A stretch of DNA of 36,566 nt from Tubiluchus corallicola (lineage: Eukaryota > Animalia > Priapulida). Position 1 is the first letter of the stretch; each line of letters starts with the position of its first letter. Positions 26,278 to 36,566 of the stretch are shown piece by piece. The notes beneath the pieces were generated by a model, which was not told the DNA's origin, did no database searches, and saw nothing but the letters and a program-made list of their open reading frames with translations. The stretch is taken from assembly GCA_030141605.1 (NCBI GenBank), contig JAQGDQ010001522.1:1-36566 (forward strand), given 5' to 3'. Position numbers and translations under genes: made by a program.

Positions 26278-26736
26278 CTATAATAAAAAACAAGTTATCA
26301 TACCCTGCTGAATTACACAAAACAATAACTAATTGTCTATAAAGAGATAATTGCCTTAATAATGTTATTACATACAAAGTAATTTAAAGTTAAGTCGTAA
26401 TAGTATTACGGTGAATTGAAAATTAGTACTGCTACACAGTACGCTGTTTTAATTTTACTTTCTGCTTACTGAATAAGTCATAAGTGGTTGGTAATAATTT
26501 TTATATAAACACAAATTTCATTGCAGTGTCTATAAGGAATTATACATTCTTCTAAAATTCTAAACTATAAGTCTAGAATTTATCAAAACTAAACAACTCT
26601 TCTATCCAAAATAAATTCTCCAGCAAGATATCCAACCACTTATGTTTTATAACAGTAAAAATTCTTCTATTCTGTAAACAGTAAACAGTAAAACAGTTTT
26701 GTGGTGAACAAACTTTAATAGAATATTTTGACTTAC

Positions 26737-26870
26737 AGTTAACAAGGATTTTCCCTGTGAGATAACAACAACTGGAATGTTTGTATGGAATTCTTGGGTA
26801 TGAAACTGAAAATCATAATCCAATTTTTGCCAAGCAATCATATTTCCAATGGCAGTAAGATTTCTGACTC
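26737..26870 (-). CDS. MCMBP: MCMBP exon
   Basis: T-rich acceptor and donor |GTAAGT. Translation (G)VRNLTAIGNMIAWQKLDYDFQFHTQEFHTNIPVVVISQGKSLLT contains WQKxxYDF and SxGKSLL motifs. Confidence 0.93.
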
Positions 26871-27339
26871 CTAAAAAAATTATTGCCAAATAATTACTAG
26901 TTGTTTTATCCAATTTTATAGAAAGTGTTTTCATTATAGTTGCAGGTGGGAACTATATTTGTTAACATAAGCCTTACCAACTTTCTTTTCAGACAAATTG
27001 TTTTTTATCTCAATTGAAACTATTAATTTTTTTTTCAAAATAGCAAAATTCTAGTGGTAAATTCTGGTTAGTAATAAAAAGCTCAAACACATCAGCACAG
27101 AAGCACCATAGTTTCAGTTGAACATCAAATGTGCAAAAAAATTTAACAGATTATAGATCAAAGGTTTAATTGAATAAAAACGAGATAAACTCGAGGAACG
27201 CTTCACAACGGAATTGAGTAATAATATAAGATATGTTATTGATTAAAAACTACGTTAACTGTGAAATTAAAAAAGCACCAACAATCAACCAATAGCTAAT
27301 AACTAAACTACCAACAAGAATTCTCTTAACAAGTTAATG

Positions 27340-27912
27340 ATTTGTGGTATTTGAAACAAAAAATGTCCTCAGTAGTAAGAAAGTGCTCAGCACTTACTAC
27401 TTTGTATAATTCTCTACTTCTTCCTTACATCCAAAATTCTAATATAGATGGGCAGAACCTATCCAACTAGTTTAAAGAAATTACATACCATTTAAAAGAA
27501 AGCAGTTAAAGTTATATATTTTGCTGCTTACAGAGATTAAATGTCTTAAATATTTATGGTATCAACAAATTTCAAGTCGCAGTTTTCATGTTTAAATTTT
27601 TCAACAATAAGCTACCACCCCTTTTTTTTATGGTATCAACAAATTTCAAGTCGCAGTTTTCATGTTTAAATTTTTCAACAATAAGCTACCGCCCCTTTTT
27701 ACGTAATTATTTTTGTTACAATGCATAACTGTAATACTCGTAGTAGATTAGATTTTCATTATATTCAATCGAGAACAGACCTACGGAAATTCTCTATTAA
27801 ATATCATGGTACATATGTGTGGAATACAATTTCAGATGACTCAAAAAATGTAAATTCGCTTTCTGCTTTCAAAAAATTGCACAAGAAAGAGTTACTTGAG
27901 TTTTATGTATAA
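27340..27912 (+). mobile_element. Degenerate CR1/L2-like LINE 3' fragment, antisense within an MCMBP intron
   Basis: LTTLYNSLLLPYI..YPTSLKKLHTI*KKAVKVI..INKFQVAVFMFKFFNNKLPP..HNCNTRSR..FSIKYHGTYVWNTISDDSKNVNSLSAFKK is a typical post-RT C-terminal region of LINE ORF2. Confidence 0.82.
27553..27700 (+). repeat. 74-bp near-perfect tandem duplication inside the LINE fragment
   Basis: tttatggtatcaacaaatttcaagtcgcagttttcatgtttaaatttttcaacaataagctacc(a/g)cccctt occurs twice with period 74. Confidence 0.95.
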
Positions 27913-29017
27913 TTACATAATATTCTTTTGTATAATCAATATGCATTCGATTTGTAGTTAATGTCAACATAACAAGTTTTTTATTTATTTGATAATCATC
28001 TTGATACCTGTATGACGTTTTGAATGATGTTTCATTTGCATCTAATTACTAAGCACCTGATATTGTTGCCACCCGTCTTCAGTCTAAATCGTTTTTTCTT
28101 TTATTGGTACATTGCCCTGTACATAGTATGTCACTAGGGTTTTTCTATAATCATTTTAATACTCTTCCACTAATTATGCGTGTTATTAATAACTTTTAAG
28201 TTAAAACACTTAAGTGGCCTTAAATAAGTCTGCTTCTTAGGGCTCCTGGCAATTTAGTAGTGTTGCACTAATGACATAATTTAGCATTTATTACTATTAA
28301 TCATTATAAATTTAGGTAAGAGAGGTTATAACTATTACATACGTATGTTTTATTGCCCAATTTTTGCTGCCTGTAACTGTACATAGTAACTCCCTGTGTG
28401 GGTATTGTGCTGAGTAGTATAACGACATTGTTTTTGTCTCAAATGAAACTGCATCATTTGTAATAATATTTGCACAAGAACTAAATTAGTTACATTTTAG
28501 ATACGTTATTTTGTAAAACATTCTTAGCTAGTTTATTACTTGAACAGTTTTCAAAGTGAAAAGCCAAAGCCTTATTGTAGTCATTTTGCTTCAATTCACG
28601 GCAATGCTTGTGTATGTTCACTGCTGGAATGATATAAGACTTTTTATCTTTTTGACGGTCAATTACGGTAATTGGTCATAGTATGCATACTGAACATTGT
28701 CATTTAACATTCAATATTACTGCGTTATTTCATTTGTCGTCATCAGAAAGTTGGTAGTCTTGCCAACATTTTGAGAAGCAGAACAATGAATACAAATGAA
28801 TCTAAATTACTTTAATGCAGTTCCCAACAGGCAGTTTTTATTATTATGACCTAGTCAGTTAATATGTGTTAAAGTATTTGATTACGGTGCTTATAGTTCT
28901 GTTTATAAATCTTGTATTACTAAGAGAAAGGTATGATGCTAGTAGGTCGAAAATCACAAAAGTATGTGATCTACGCATTTCAACTCAGTATTCACTTTTT
29001 TCAATTCAGTCATGTAC

Positions 29018-29183
29018 CTGATGCATCTAGCTGTCCTGGCTGCATACACGTTTCATCTAGTAAGAGGTGAGTATTAGCTCCCAGCTGCAGTAAGCCAGTG
29101 TTTAACCTATTTGTCGTATAATCTTTCCTAGGAATAAACTTCAGTTGATTGAGGTTCTGCACAGTGAGAGGTAGCATATAAAT
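29018..29183 (-). CDS. MCMBP: MCMBP exon (missing from the ORF track)
   Basis: Acceptor ttacAG and donor CAG|GTACAT (phase 1). Translation [55 protein letters not shown](G) contains PxKDYxxNRLxxGxLQL and DET motifs. Confidence 0.93.
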
Positions 29184-29629
29184 CTGTAAAATTCAACACG
29201 CCTAAATCAACGAAAATTTCGAAATTATTATAGCAGGAAGTCTCCAAAATCATTACACCATATTTTATAATAATTACCAAAAGATGCTCAGCTAAATGTG
29301 ACTCTGAGTTTTATAACCTCTGAAACCACAGTCACTTTCTAGCCTTTATGTTTTGCTGAATATGCCAAGTCTGTCAATAGCTTTAGTTTTATGATAGAAA
29401 TGGTCTATAAAAGTGCAATTACTCTGCAAGAAATGAGCAATGAAAATTTCAATTTATGCATACTAGCATCATAATGTTAACAGACCAAATTCATTGTCAT
29501 AGAAAGCTAGCTCCCAATAATATGAAAAATTAAACTCTAGAATAAGCTAGCATGCCTTACAGTTATTACAATCAAGAGTAAGATTAATCTAATTGATTAG
29601 AATCACTTTAGACTGAGAGATCTAACATT

Positions 29630-29810
29630 GGAAATGTCGAACCAGTTGGCCAGATCTCAAGAACTTTGGACTGCACTGCTTGGTAGGAACATGGAAGTCT
29701 AACAGCCATGGTGTGTGCGTTGTACGTAGAGGATGTTCAATTCAATTTAGGTTTTCAACCTTTTCACATATCCGCTTCATACTCAAATTCAGCTAATCGT
29801 GGATTTTACC
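29630..29810 (+). mobile_element. Third, degenerate partial copy of the same family
   Basis: ggaaatgtcgaaccagttggccag...ctttggactg and caaccttttcacatatcc parallel 30318-30365 and 30408-30424. Confidence 0.4.
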
Positions 29811-29903
29811 ATCATTCTTTAAAACACTTACCTGGTGATTATTATTTTTATTTAACTTCAGTATATTTGTAAATAATTTGCACTAACTTTGTTGCAAGAA
29901 TAC

Positions 29904-30015
29904 CTTTGTTACAAGTCGTTCAAGTAACTTATATAGATGGGTGCACAGCCAATCTGGAGATCCAATTAAGTTCAAACTCAGTTTGCCTAATATGGTGACA
30001 TCTTTTCTAGCATAT
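29904..30015 (-). CDS. MCMBP: MCMBP exon (missing from the ORF track)
   Basis: Acceptor tgtAG and donor AAG|GTATTC. Translation YARKDVTILGKLSLNLIGSPDWLCTHLYKLLERLVTK; 112 nt, phases consistent with both neighbours. Confidence 0.9.
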
Positions 30016-30215
30016 CTACAATATTGTGAAAAGATATACTATAAAGTAGAAAGAAAAAACATTTGCTGCAGAAAATAACTATAGAATAGTAAGTGCTCAA
30101 GCAGATCTGAACTTAGAAAATGTAAAAGACAAATAATTGTCTGAGGGTCTAGGTTTAGGTAAACAAGTAACATTAATTATTATGATCTTAGTTTCAAGAT
30201 TATTATTAGTGAGTT

Positions 30216-30470
30216 TACAAACACACAATTAATCAATTACTAAACTTCTAAGACAGGAAACACAAAAACAAAAAAAACATTCACCAATCGATCTTCTGTT
30301 TACATTACAAATGCATTGGAAATGATGAATTTGGTTGGTCAGGTAAAGGGATGAACTTTAGACTGTGTTGCATCTAAAATGAATTGGTTCAAAACCAGGC
30401 TACATTCCAACTTTTCACATTTCCTGCATTAGAAGTTTGATATGAAAATTAAATCGATTATGGGTTTGTA
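30216..30470. mobile_element. Second copy of the inverted-repeat/tRNA-like element, in an MCMBP intron
   Basis: Left end tacaaacacacaattaatcaattactaaacttctaagacaggaaa is the inverse of right end tttcctgcattagaagtttgatatgaaaattaaatcgattatgggtttgta. Internal B-box-like ggttcaaaaccaggctacattcc matches the 3' half of the 5786-5860 tRNA-like unit. Confidence 0.6.
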
Positions 30471-31392
30471 GTCTGAATGAAAGTGTGTGAAAGATGCTAT
30501 TCTAAGAGAGTCTGAAGACTTTTTCTAGATTTTAATTTAAGACCACAAATGTCACTTACAGGATAAGAAAAGGGGTACCTGAAGCAACTTTATGCATATA
30601 TCGTACTTGCACTAAAAGGAAATTTTGTTTGTCTTCATTTTAAATCTCCCGGAATACTGTTCCAAAGGCGCCATTGTATGACGTCACTATGCAAACGTAA
30701 ATCAGAGGAAGAAAAGGCAATGTTAAATTATGTCCCAAAAATTTGCCATGTAAATCTATATTACTTAGCTTTTTGCTTACCTGCTGGAAAGACTTATGTA
30801 ATTAGAAAAGAAAATTTCACCAAATGGTAAAATATCGCTGACTTACCCTCCAGGGAGCACCACTCGCTAACCAAAAACACATTTTTGATCTTACTGGCAA
30901 GATACAGTAATTTTAATTAGTTAGTGACATGTGCACTACGAATGCTCTGATTATTTTTTCAAAGTTAACACAATGTTATCTAAACTTGTTTCAAATGACC
31001 TGTCGTCAAAATGGCTATCGGTCATTGCGGGTGTTTAGATTTACATGCTTTATAGCATGTTACTGCCGATGGAAGTCCTGTATGTCAAAAGGCAGTATGT
31101 AAGTGATACAAAATTTCAAGGCAAATTTTTTAAGCTTTATGTTTACGGGGGGGTTGTCTTGTACCTTAAAAAACACTCCTTAAAAGAAGGAGGTACTACA
31201 AACAAAGAAAATTAACTGGAATAATAATAATTCAACATTTTACTGAAAAGCTCTGCAAGAGTTCAAGATAAATTGTATTGGTATGAGATATTAACATTTT
31301 CCTCAGCTATATGAGCAGTACATTTAACCAATTTATTTATGGCTATTTCATGGTTGGAAAATATGAAAAGAAAATAAGTTCAAATAACTCAC

Positions 31393-31519
31393 ACAGTTGA
31401 CAACAAATGCAGAAGTAAGTACTCAGCAGCTATTTTATCTCCCAGTAATACCTCGCTAAACATGGACACCAATTCTTCTCTCGTCTCCTTCAATTGCATA
31501 TTGACAAAAGTCTCCATAA
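31393..31519 (-). CDS. MCMBP: MCMBP exon
   Basis: T-rich acceptor tAG and donor GT|GTGAGT (phase 2). Translation (V)METFVNMQLKETREELVSMFSEVLLGDKIAAEYLLLHLLST(V) contains the LGDxxAAEYLxLHLxS motif. Confidence 0.92.
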
Positions 31520-31789
31520 CTAAAAAATAAAAACCGGAGAACATTTCGTAAATGTACAGTAAAGTTGGATCGGACTGCATCCAGACTCTGCCCACTCTGC
31601 TAGTTGACCAGATTTCTGAATTAATAACCTGCTTGAAATAATGTATACATTGCTGATCTATTGGCCAGATAGTCATTAAATTAATGTATCAACAAACACG
31701 TAATAATGTCACAACATGTTATGTCGTGCTGCATACCTGCTGGAAGTTAGTACAAGATGAAATTTTTTTGCAAATATCAAACAAACTAC

Positions 31790-31938
31790 CTAGTTTTCCT
31801 TCATTGCCGTTCAAAGTCGGTATCAATGGATTAACATGGTCTAACTTATAGTACACAATAACATGTAATCGTGGAACAAGTGATGGTGGAGGATGTCGTG
31901 CCTCTTCTTCTTCTTCTGTCATTTTATCCTCTGCTTCA
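31790..31938 (-). CDS. MCMBP: MCMBP exon
   Basis: Acceptor ttccAG and phase-1 donor G|GTAGTT. Translation (S)EAEDKMTEEEEEARHPPPSLVPRLHVIVYYKLDHVNPLIPTLNGNEGKL contains the conserved PPxSLVPRxH motif. Confidence 0.88.
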
Positions 31939-32714
31939 CTGGAAAATAATTAAATTTTAGCAGTGCAAGTCAAACCAAAATTGAATATTGAAACAATTAG
32001 CACACATGGCAGCTGAAATGCAGAGCACGAATTATCCACCAGCTTGTTCGAAGAATTAATAGTAGACAACAATATTATCATTTCCATGGTCAGTAACAGA
32101 TTATTTCAAAGTTTTAAACTGCTCACATAAATATATGATACATAAATGAAAAAGAATGAGTCACACAAGACGTGAAAATGAAAGGCGTGTAATGAAAATA
32201 CTTTGAACAGTCAGTCTCGGTGTGTGCTTAATGACCAAAGTTAACCAGGCCAACCCTAGTCCTTGAAAGAATGAGTCACTACTGAGAAAACTAGTGAGGG
32301 ACCCTACCATCAGATTCTACCATACTAGCTCCGATTATTTCTCCAGGCAGTACACATGTCGAGTTGATGTGTACATATCAGAATGTGGCTAAGACATATG
32401 CATAAGTGTTTCATCTTAGAAGAAGTTTTTGATTAATAACCTAGCTCCTGATCCCACACCACATCCCACAGCAGGCTAAAACAAATTTGCAAATTAATTT
32501 TGCAGTTTTTTATGCACTGTATTTGTAAAAAAAGCTGGTTACATAATAAATTTCAACAGTCATCCTTCACAAATCCCATGTCTCAATTATACATATTAAC
32601 AAATGGTTTTACTATCAACAGAAGTCATATACACATGGTAAGAATTTTGAACTTCTGGTGACTGACAACAAGATCTGTTTTTCATGAAATAAAACAGCCC
32701 ATACATGAACTGAC

Positions 32715-32809
32715 CTTTCTTTGAAATTTGCTAAAGCCGGATCAATGGAAAGTACGCCAAAGAACTCCACCACATCATTGACTTTAAACTGGTCAGCCTC
32801 ATCATACAC
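32715..32809 (-). CDS. MCMBP: Mini-chromosome maintenance complex-binding protein, first exon within the window
   Basis: Acceptor tAG| and donor AG|GTCAGT (phase 2). Translation VYDEADQFKVNDVVEFFGVLSIDPALANFKE resembles the recalled MCMBP segment [24 protein letters not shown]. Confidence 0.9.
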
Positions 32810-32986
32810 CTATGTAAACAAGTACTATCAATGGTAATTATTACCAATAACTATTCTTTATGGTTCATAATTGATGTGGCATTCAGTTTCACAGCAAACT
32901 TTACATACATCATATATATATATATGTGTATAGAAAGAACATAAACTAGAAAACTACAAGATGATACATACACGCATATGCACCAG

Positions 32987-35900
32987 AATTGCATTGTAGT
33001 ACAGCGAGTGTGGCTGTGTCAGCAATTACGCATTGTAGTATAGCGAGTGTGGCTGTGTCAGCAATTACGCATTGTAGTACAGCGAGTGTGGCTGTCAGCA
33101 ATCAGGCATTCTAATATAAAGAGTGCCTGTGTCAGCAATCAGGCATTGTAGTACGACGAGTGTGGCTATGTCAGCAGTCGGGCATTGTAGTACAGAGAGT
33201 GTGTCTGTGTCAGCAATTACGCATTGTAGTACAGAGTGTGCCTGTGTCAGCAGTCAGGCATTGTAGTACAGCGAGTGTGGCTGTGTCAGCAATCAGGCAT
33301 TGTAGTACGACGAGTGTGGCTATGTCAGCAGTCGGGCATTGTAGTACAGAGAGTGTGTCTGTGTCAGCAATTACGCATTGTAGTACAGAGTGTGCCTGTG
33401 TCAGCAGTCAGGCATTGTAGTACACAGTGTGGCTGTGTCAGCAATTACGCATTGTATTACAGCGAGTGTAGCTGTGTCAGCAATTATGCATTGTAGTACA
33501 GTGAGTGTGGCTGTGTCAGCAATTACGCATAGTGGTACAGCGAGTGTGGCTGTGTCAGCAATTACGCATTGTAGTACAGAGTGTGTAGCTGTGTCAGCAA
33601 TCAGGCATTGTAGTACAGCAAGTGTGGCTCTCAGTAATCAGACATTGTAGTACAGACTGTGGCTGTGTCAGTAATCAGGCATTCTAATATAAAGAGTGCC
33701 TGTGTCAGCAGTCGGGCATTGTAGTACAGAGAGTGTGTCTGTGTCAGCAATTACGCATTGTAGTACGACGAGTGTGGCTATGTCAGCAGTCGGGCATTGT
33801 AGTACAGAGTGTGTCTGTGTCAGCAATTACGCATTGTAGTACAGAGTGTGCCTGTGTCAGCAGTCAGGCATTGTAGTACAGAGAGTGCGTCTGTGGCAGC
33901 AATCAGGCATTGTAGTACACAGTGTGGCTGTGTCAGCAATTACGCATTGTAGTACAGCGAGTGTAGCTGTGTCAGCAATTATGCATTGTAGTACAGAGAG
34001 TGTGGCTGTGTCAGCAATCACGCATTGTAGGAAAGAGTGTGGCTGTGTCAGCAATCAGGCATTGTAGTACAGAAAGTGTGGCTGTCAGCAATCAGGCATT
34101 GTAGTAAAGAGTGCTGTGTCAGCAATCAGGCATTGTAGTACGAAGTGTGGCTGTCAGCAATCAGGCATTGTAGTACAGAGTGTGTCTGTGTCAGCAATTA
34201 CGCATTGTAGTACAGAGTGTGCCTGTGTCAGCAATCAGGCATTGTAGTACAGAGTGTGCCTGTGTCAGCAATCAGGCATTGTAGTACGACGAGTGTGGCT
34301 ATGTCAGCAGTCGGGCATTGTAGTACAGAGAGTGTGTCTGTGTCAGCAATTACGCATTGTAGTACAGAGTGTGCCTGTGTCAGCAGTCAGGCATTGTAGT
34401 ACACAGTGTGGCTGTGTCAGCAATTACGCATTGTAGTACAGCGAGTGTAGCTGTGTCAGCAATTATGCATTGTAGTACAGAGAGTGTGGCTGTGTCAGCA
34501 ATCACGCATTGTAGTATAGCGAGTGTGGCTGTGTCAGCAATTACGCATTGTAGTACAGCGAGTGTGGCTGTGTCAGCAATCAGGCATTGTAGTACAGCAA
34601 GTGTGGCTCTCAGTAATCAGACATTGTAGTACAGACTGTGGCTGTGTCAGTAATCAGGCATTCTAATATAAAGAGTGCCTGTGTCAGCATGGTTGTGTAC
34701 CAAGCATTGTAGTACGACGAGTGTGGCTATGTCAGCAGTCGGGCATTGTAGTACAGAGTGTGTCTGTGTCAGCAATTACGCATTGTAGTACAGAGTGTGC
34801 CTGTGTCAGCAGTCAGGCATTGTAGTACAGAGAGTGCGTCTGTGGCAGCAATCAGGCATTGTAGTACACAGTGTGGCTGTGTCAGCAATTACGCATTGTA
34901 GTACAGCGAGTGTAGCTGTGTCAGCAATTATGCATTGTAGTACAGAGAGTGTGGCTGTGTCAGCAATCACGCATTGTAGTACAGAGTGTGCCTGTGTCAG
35001 CAGTCAGGCATTGTAGTACAGCGAGTGTGGCTATGTCAGCAGTCGGGCATTGTAGTACAGAGAGTGTGTCTGTGTCAGCAATTACGCATTGTAGTACAGA
35101 GTGTGCCTGTGTCAGCAGTCAGGCATTGTAGTACACAGTGTGGCTATGTCAGCAATTACGCATTGTAGTACAGCGAGTGTAGCTGTGTTAGCAATTATGC
35201 ATTGTAGTACAGCGAGTGTGGCTGTGTCAGCAATTACGCATAGTGGTACAGCGAGTGTGGCTGTGTCAGCAATTACGCATTGTAGTACAGAGTGTGTAGC
35301 TGTGTCAGCAATCAGGCATTGTAGTACAGCAAGTGTGGCTCTCAGTAATCAGACATTGTAGTACAGACTGTGGCTGTGTCAGTAATCAGGCATTCTAATA
35401 TAAGAGTGCCTGTGTCAGCAATCGAGCATTGTAGTACGACGAGTGTGGCTATGTCAGCAGTCGGGCATTGTAGTACAGTGTGTCTGTGTCAGCAATTACG
35501 CATTGTAGTACAGAGTGTGCCTGTGTCAGCAGTCAGGCATTGTAGTACAGAGAGTGCGTCTGTGGCAGCAATCAGGCATTGTAGTACACAGTGTGGCTGT
35601 GTCAGCAATTACGCATTGTAGTACAGTGCATTGTAGTACAGAGAGTGTGGCTGTGTCAATCAGTTGTAGAAGAGTGTGGCTGTGTCAGCAATCAGGCATT
35701 GTAGTACAGAAAGAGTGGCTGTCAGCAATCAGGCATTGTAGTACAGAGAGTGTGGCTGTGTCAGCAATCAGGCATTGTAGTACAGAAAGTGTGGCTGTCA
35801 GCAATCAGGCATTGTAGTACAGAGTGTGCCTGTGTCAGCAATTACGCATTGTAGTACAGAGTGTGCCTGTGTCAGCAGTCAGGCATTGTAGTACACAGTG

Positions 35901-36566
35901 TGGCTGTGTCAGCAATTACGCATTGTACTACAATGCGTAATTGCTGACACAGACACACTCTCTGTACTACAATGCCCGACTGCTGACATAGCCACACTCG
36001 TCGTACTACAATGCATAATTGTATTGTACAGCGAGTGTGGCTGTGTCAGCAATTATGCATAATTAATTTTAGCGGTGTGCAATTACCAGTGCTGTAGTAC
36101 AGAGTGTGTAGCTGTGTCAGCAATCAGGCATTGTAGTACAGCAAGTGTGGCTCTCAGTAATCAGACATTGTAGTACAGACTGTGGCTGTGTCAGTAATCA
36201 GGCATTGTAGTACAGCAAGTGTGGCTCTCAGTAATCAGACATTGTAGTACAGACTGTGGCTGTGTCAGTAATTAGGCATTCTAATATAAAGAGTGCCTGT
36301 GTCAGCAACCAAGCATTGTAGTACGACGAGTGTGGCTATGTCAGCAGTTGGGCATTGTAGTACAGAGTGTGTCTGTGTCAGCAATTACGCATTGTAGTAC
36401 AGAGTGTGCCTGTGTCAGCAATCAGGCATTGTAGTACGACGAGTGTGGCTATGTCAGCAGTCGGGCATTGTAGTACAGAGAGTGTGTCTGTGTCAGCAAT
36501 TACGCATTGTAGTACAGAGTGTGCCTGTGTCAGCAGTCAGGCATTGTATTACACAGTGTGGCTATG
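32987..36566 (+). repeat. 36-38-bp satellite array over 3.5 kb, running off the window, within an MCMBP intron
   Basis: Consensus gcattgtagtacagcgagtgtggctgtgtcagcaatta(c)/caatcag, with recurrent variant monomers. Confidence 0.98.

Noticed and set aside
30312-30430. TGCATT as a 6-bp target-site duplication around ggaaatg...catttcc
   Set aside because: Family homology extends past the right TGCATT to 30470 and other copies lack this duplication, so it is probably coincidental.
30800-30840. Minus-strand DILPFG resembling the MCMBP DVLPLG segment as an exon
   Set aside because: The real exon with that segment is 30015-29904 (YARKDVTILGK), which has proper splice sites and phase.
33160-35817. 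Cys/His-rich repetitive ORFs (metallothionein- or antifreeze-like appearance)
   Set aside because: Monomers of 36 and 38 bp shift the frame constantly and stops are frequent; this is satellite DNA in an MCMBP intron.

Overview
AT-rich, intron-containing eukaryotic DNA, most likely from an invertebrate animal; nothing here looks prokaryotic. It holds two convergent genes, both reconstructed by hand from GT-AG sites and reading phase. (1) On +, a complete 162-aa Ly6/uPAR three-finger protein of the invertebrate quiver/sleepless-like superfamily, with a signal peptide, a 10-Cys LU domain and a GPI-type tail (coding exons 8171-8252, 11348-11524, 19252-19481). (2) On -, the last eight coding exons of MCMBP (32809 to 25631); its 5' exons lie beyond the window. 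The rest is repeats: degenerate LINE fragments (a YADD RT piece, a CCHC ORF1 piece and RT C-terminal pieces), long compound microsatellites, a 62-bp x6 hairpin-forming minisatellite, and a >3.5-kb 36-38-bp satellite with higher-order structure and a fold-back inversion. The most unusual item is a small inverted-repeat element family (5719-6161, 30216-30470, partial at 29630-29810). Its arms carry outward-facing tRNA-like Pol III cassettes, and in one arm CCCTAA telomeric-type repeats replace part of the cassette. Most ORFs in the supplied track are repeat artefacts. I see no evidence of a new multi-gene system; the candidates for novelty are non-coding or mobile elements and possible splicing features.
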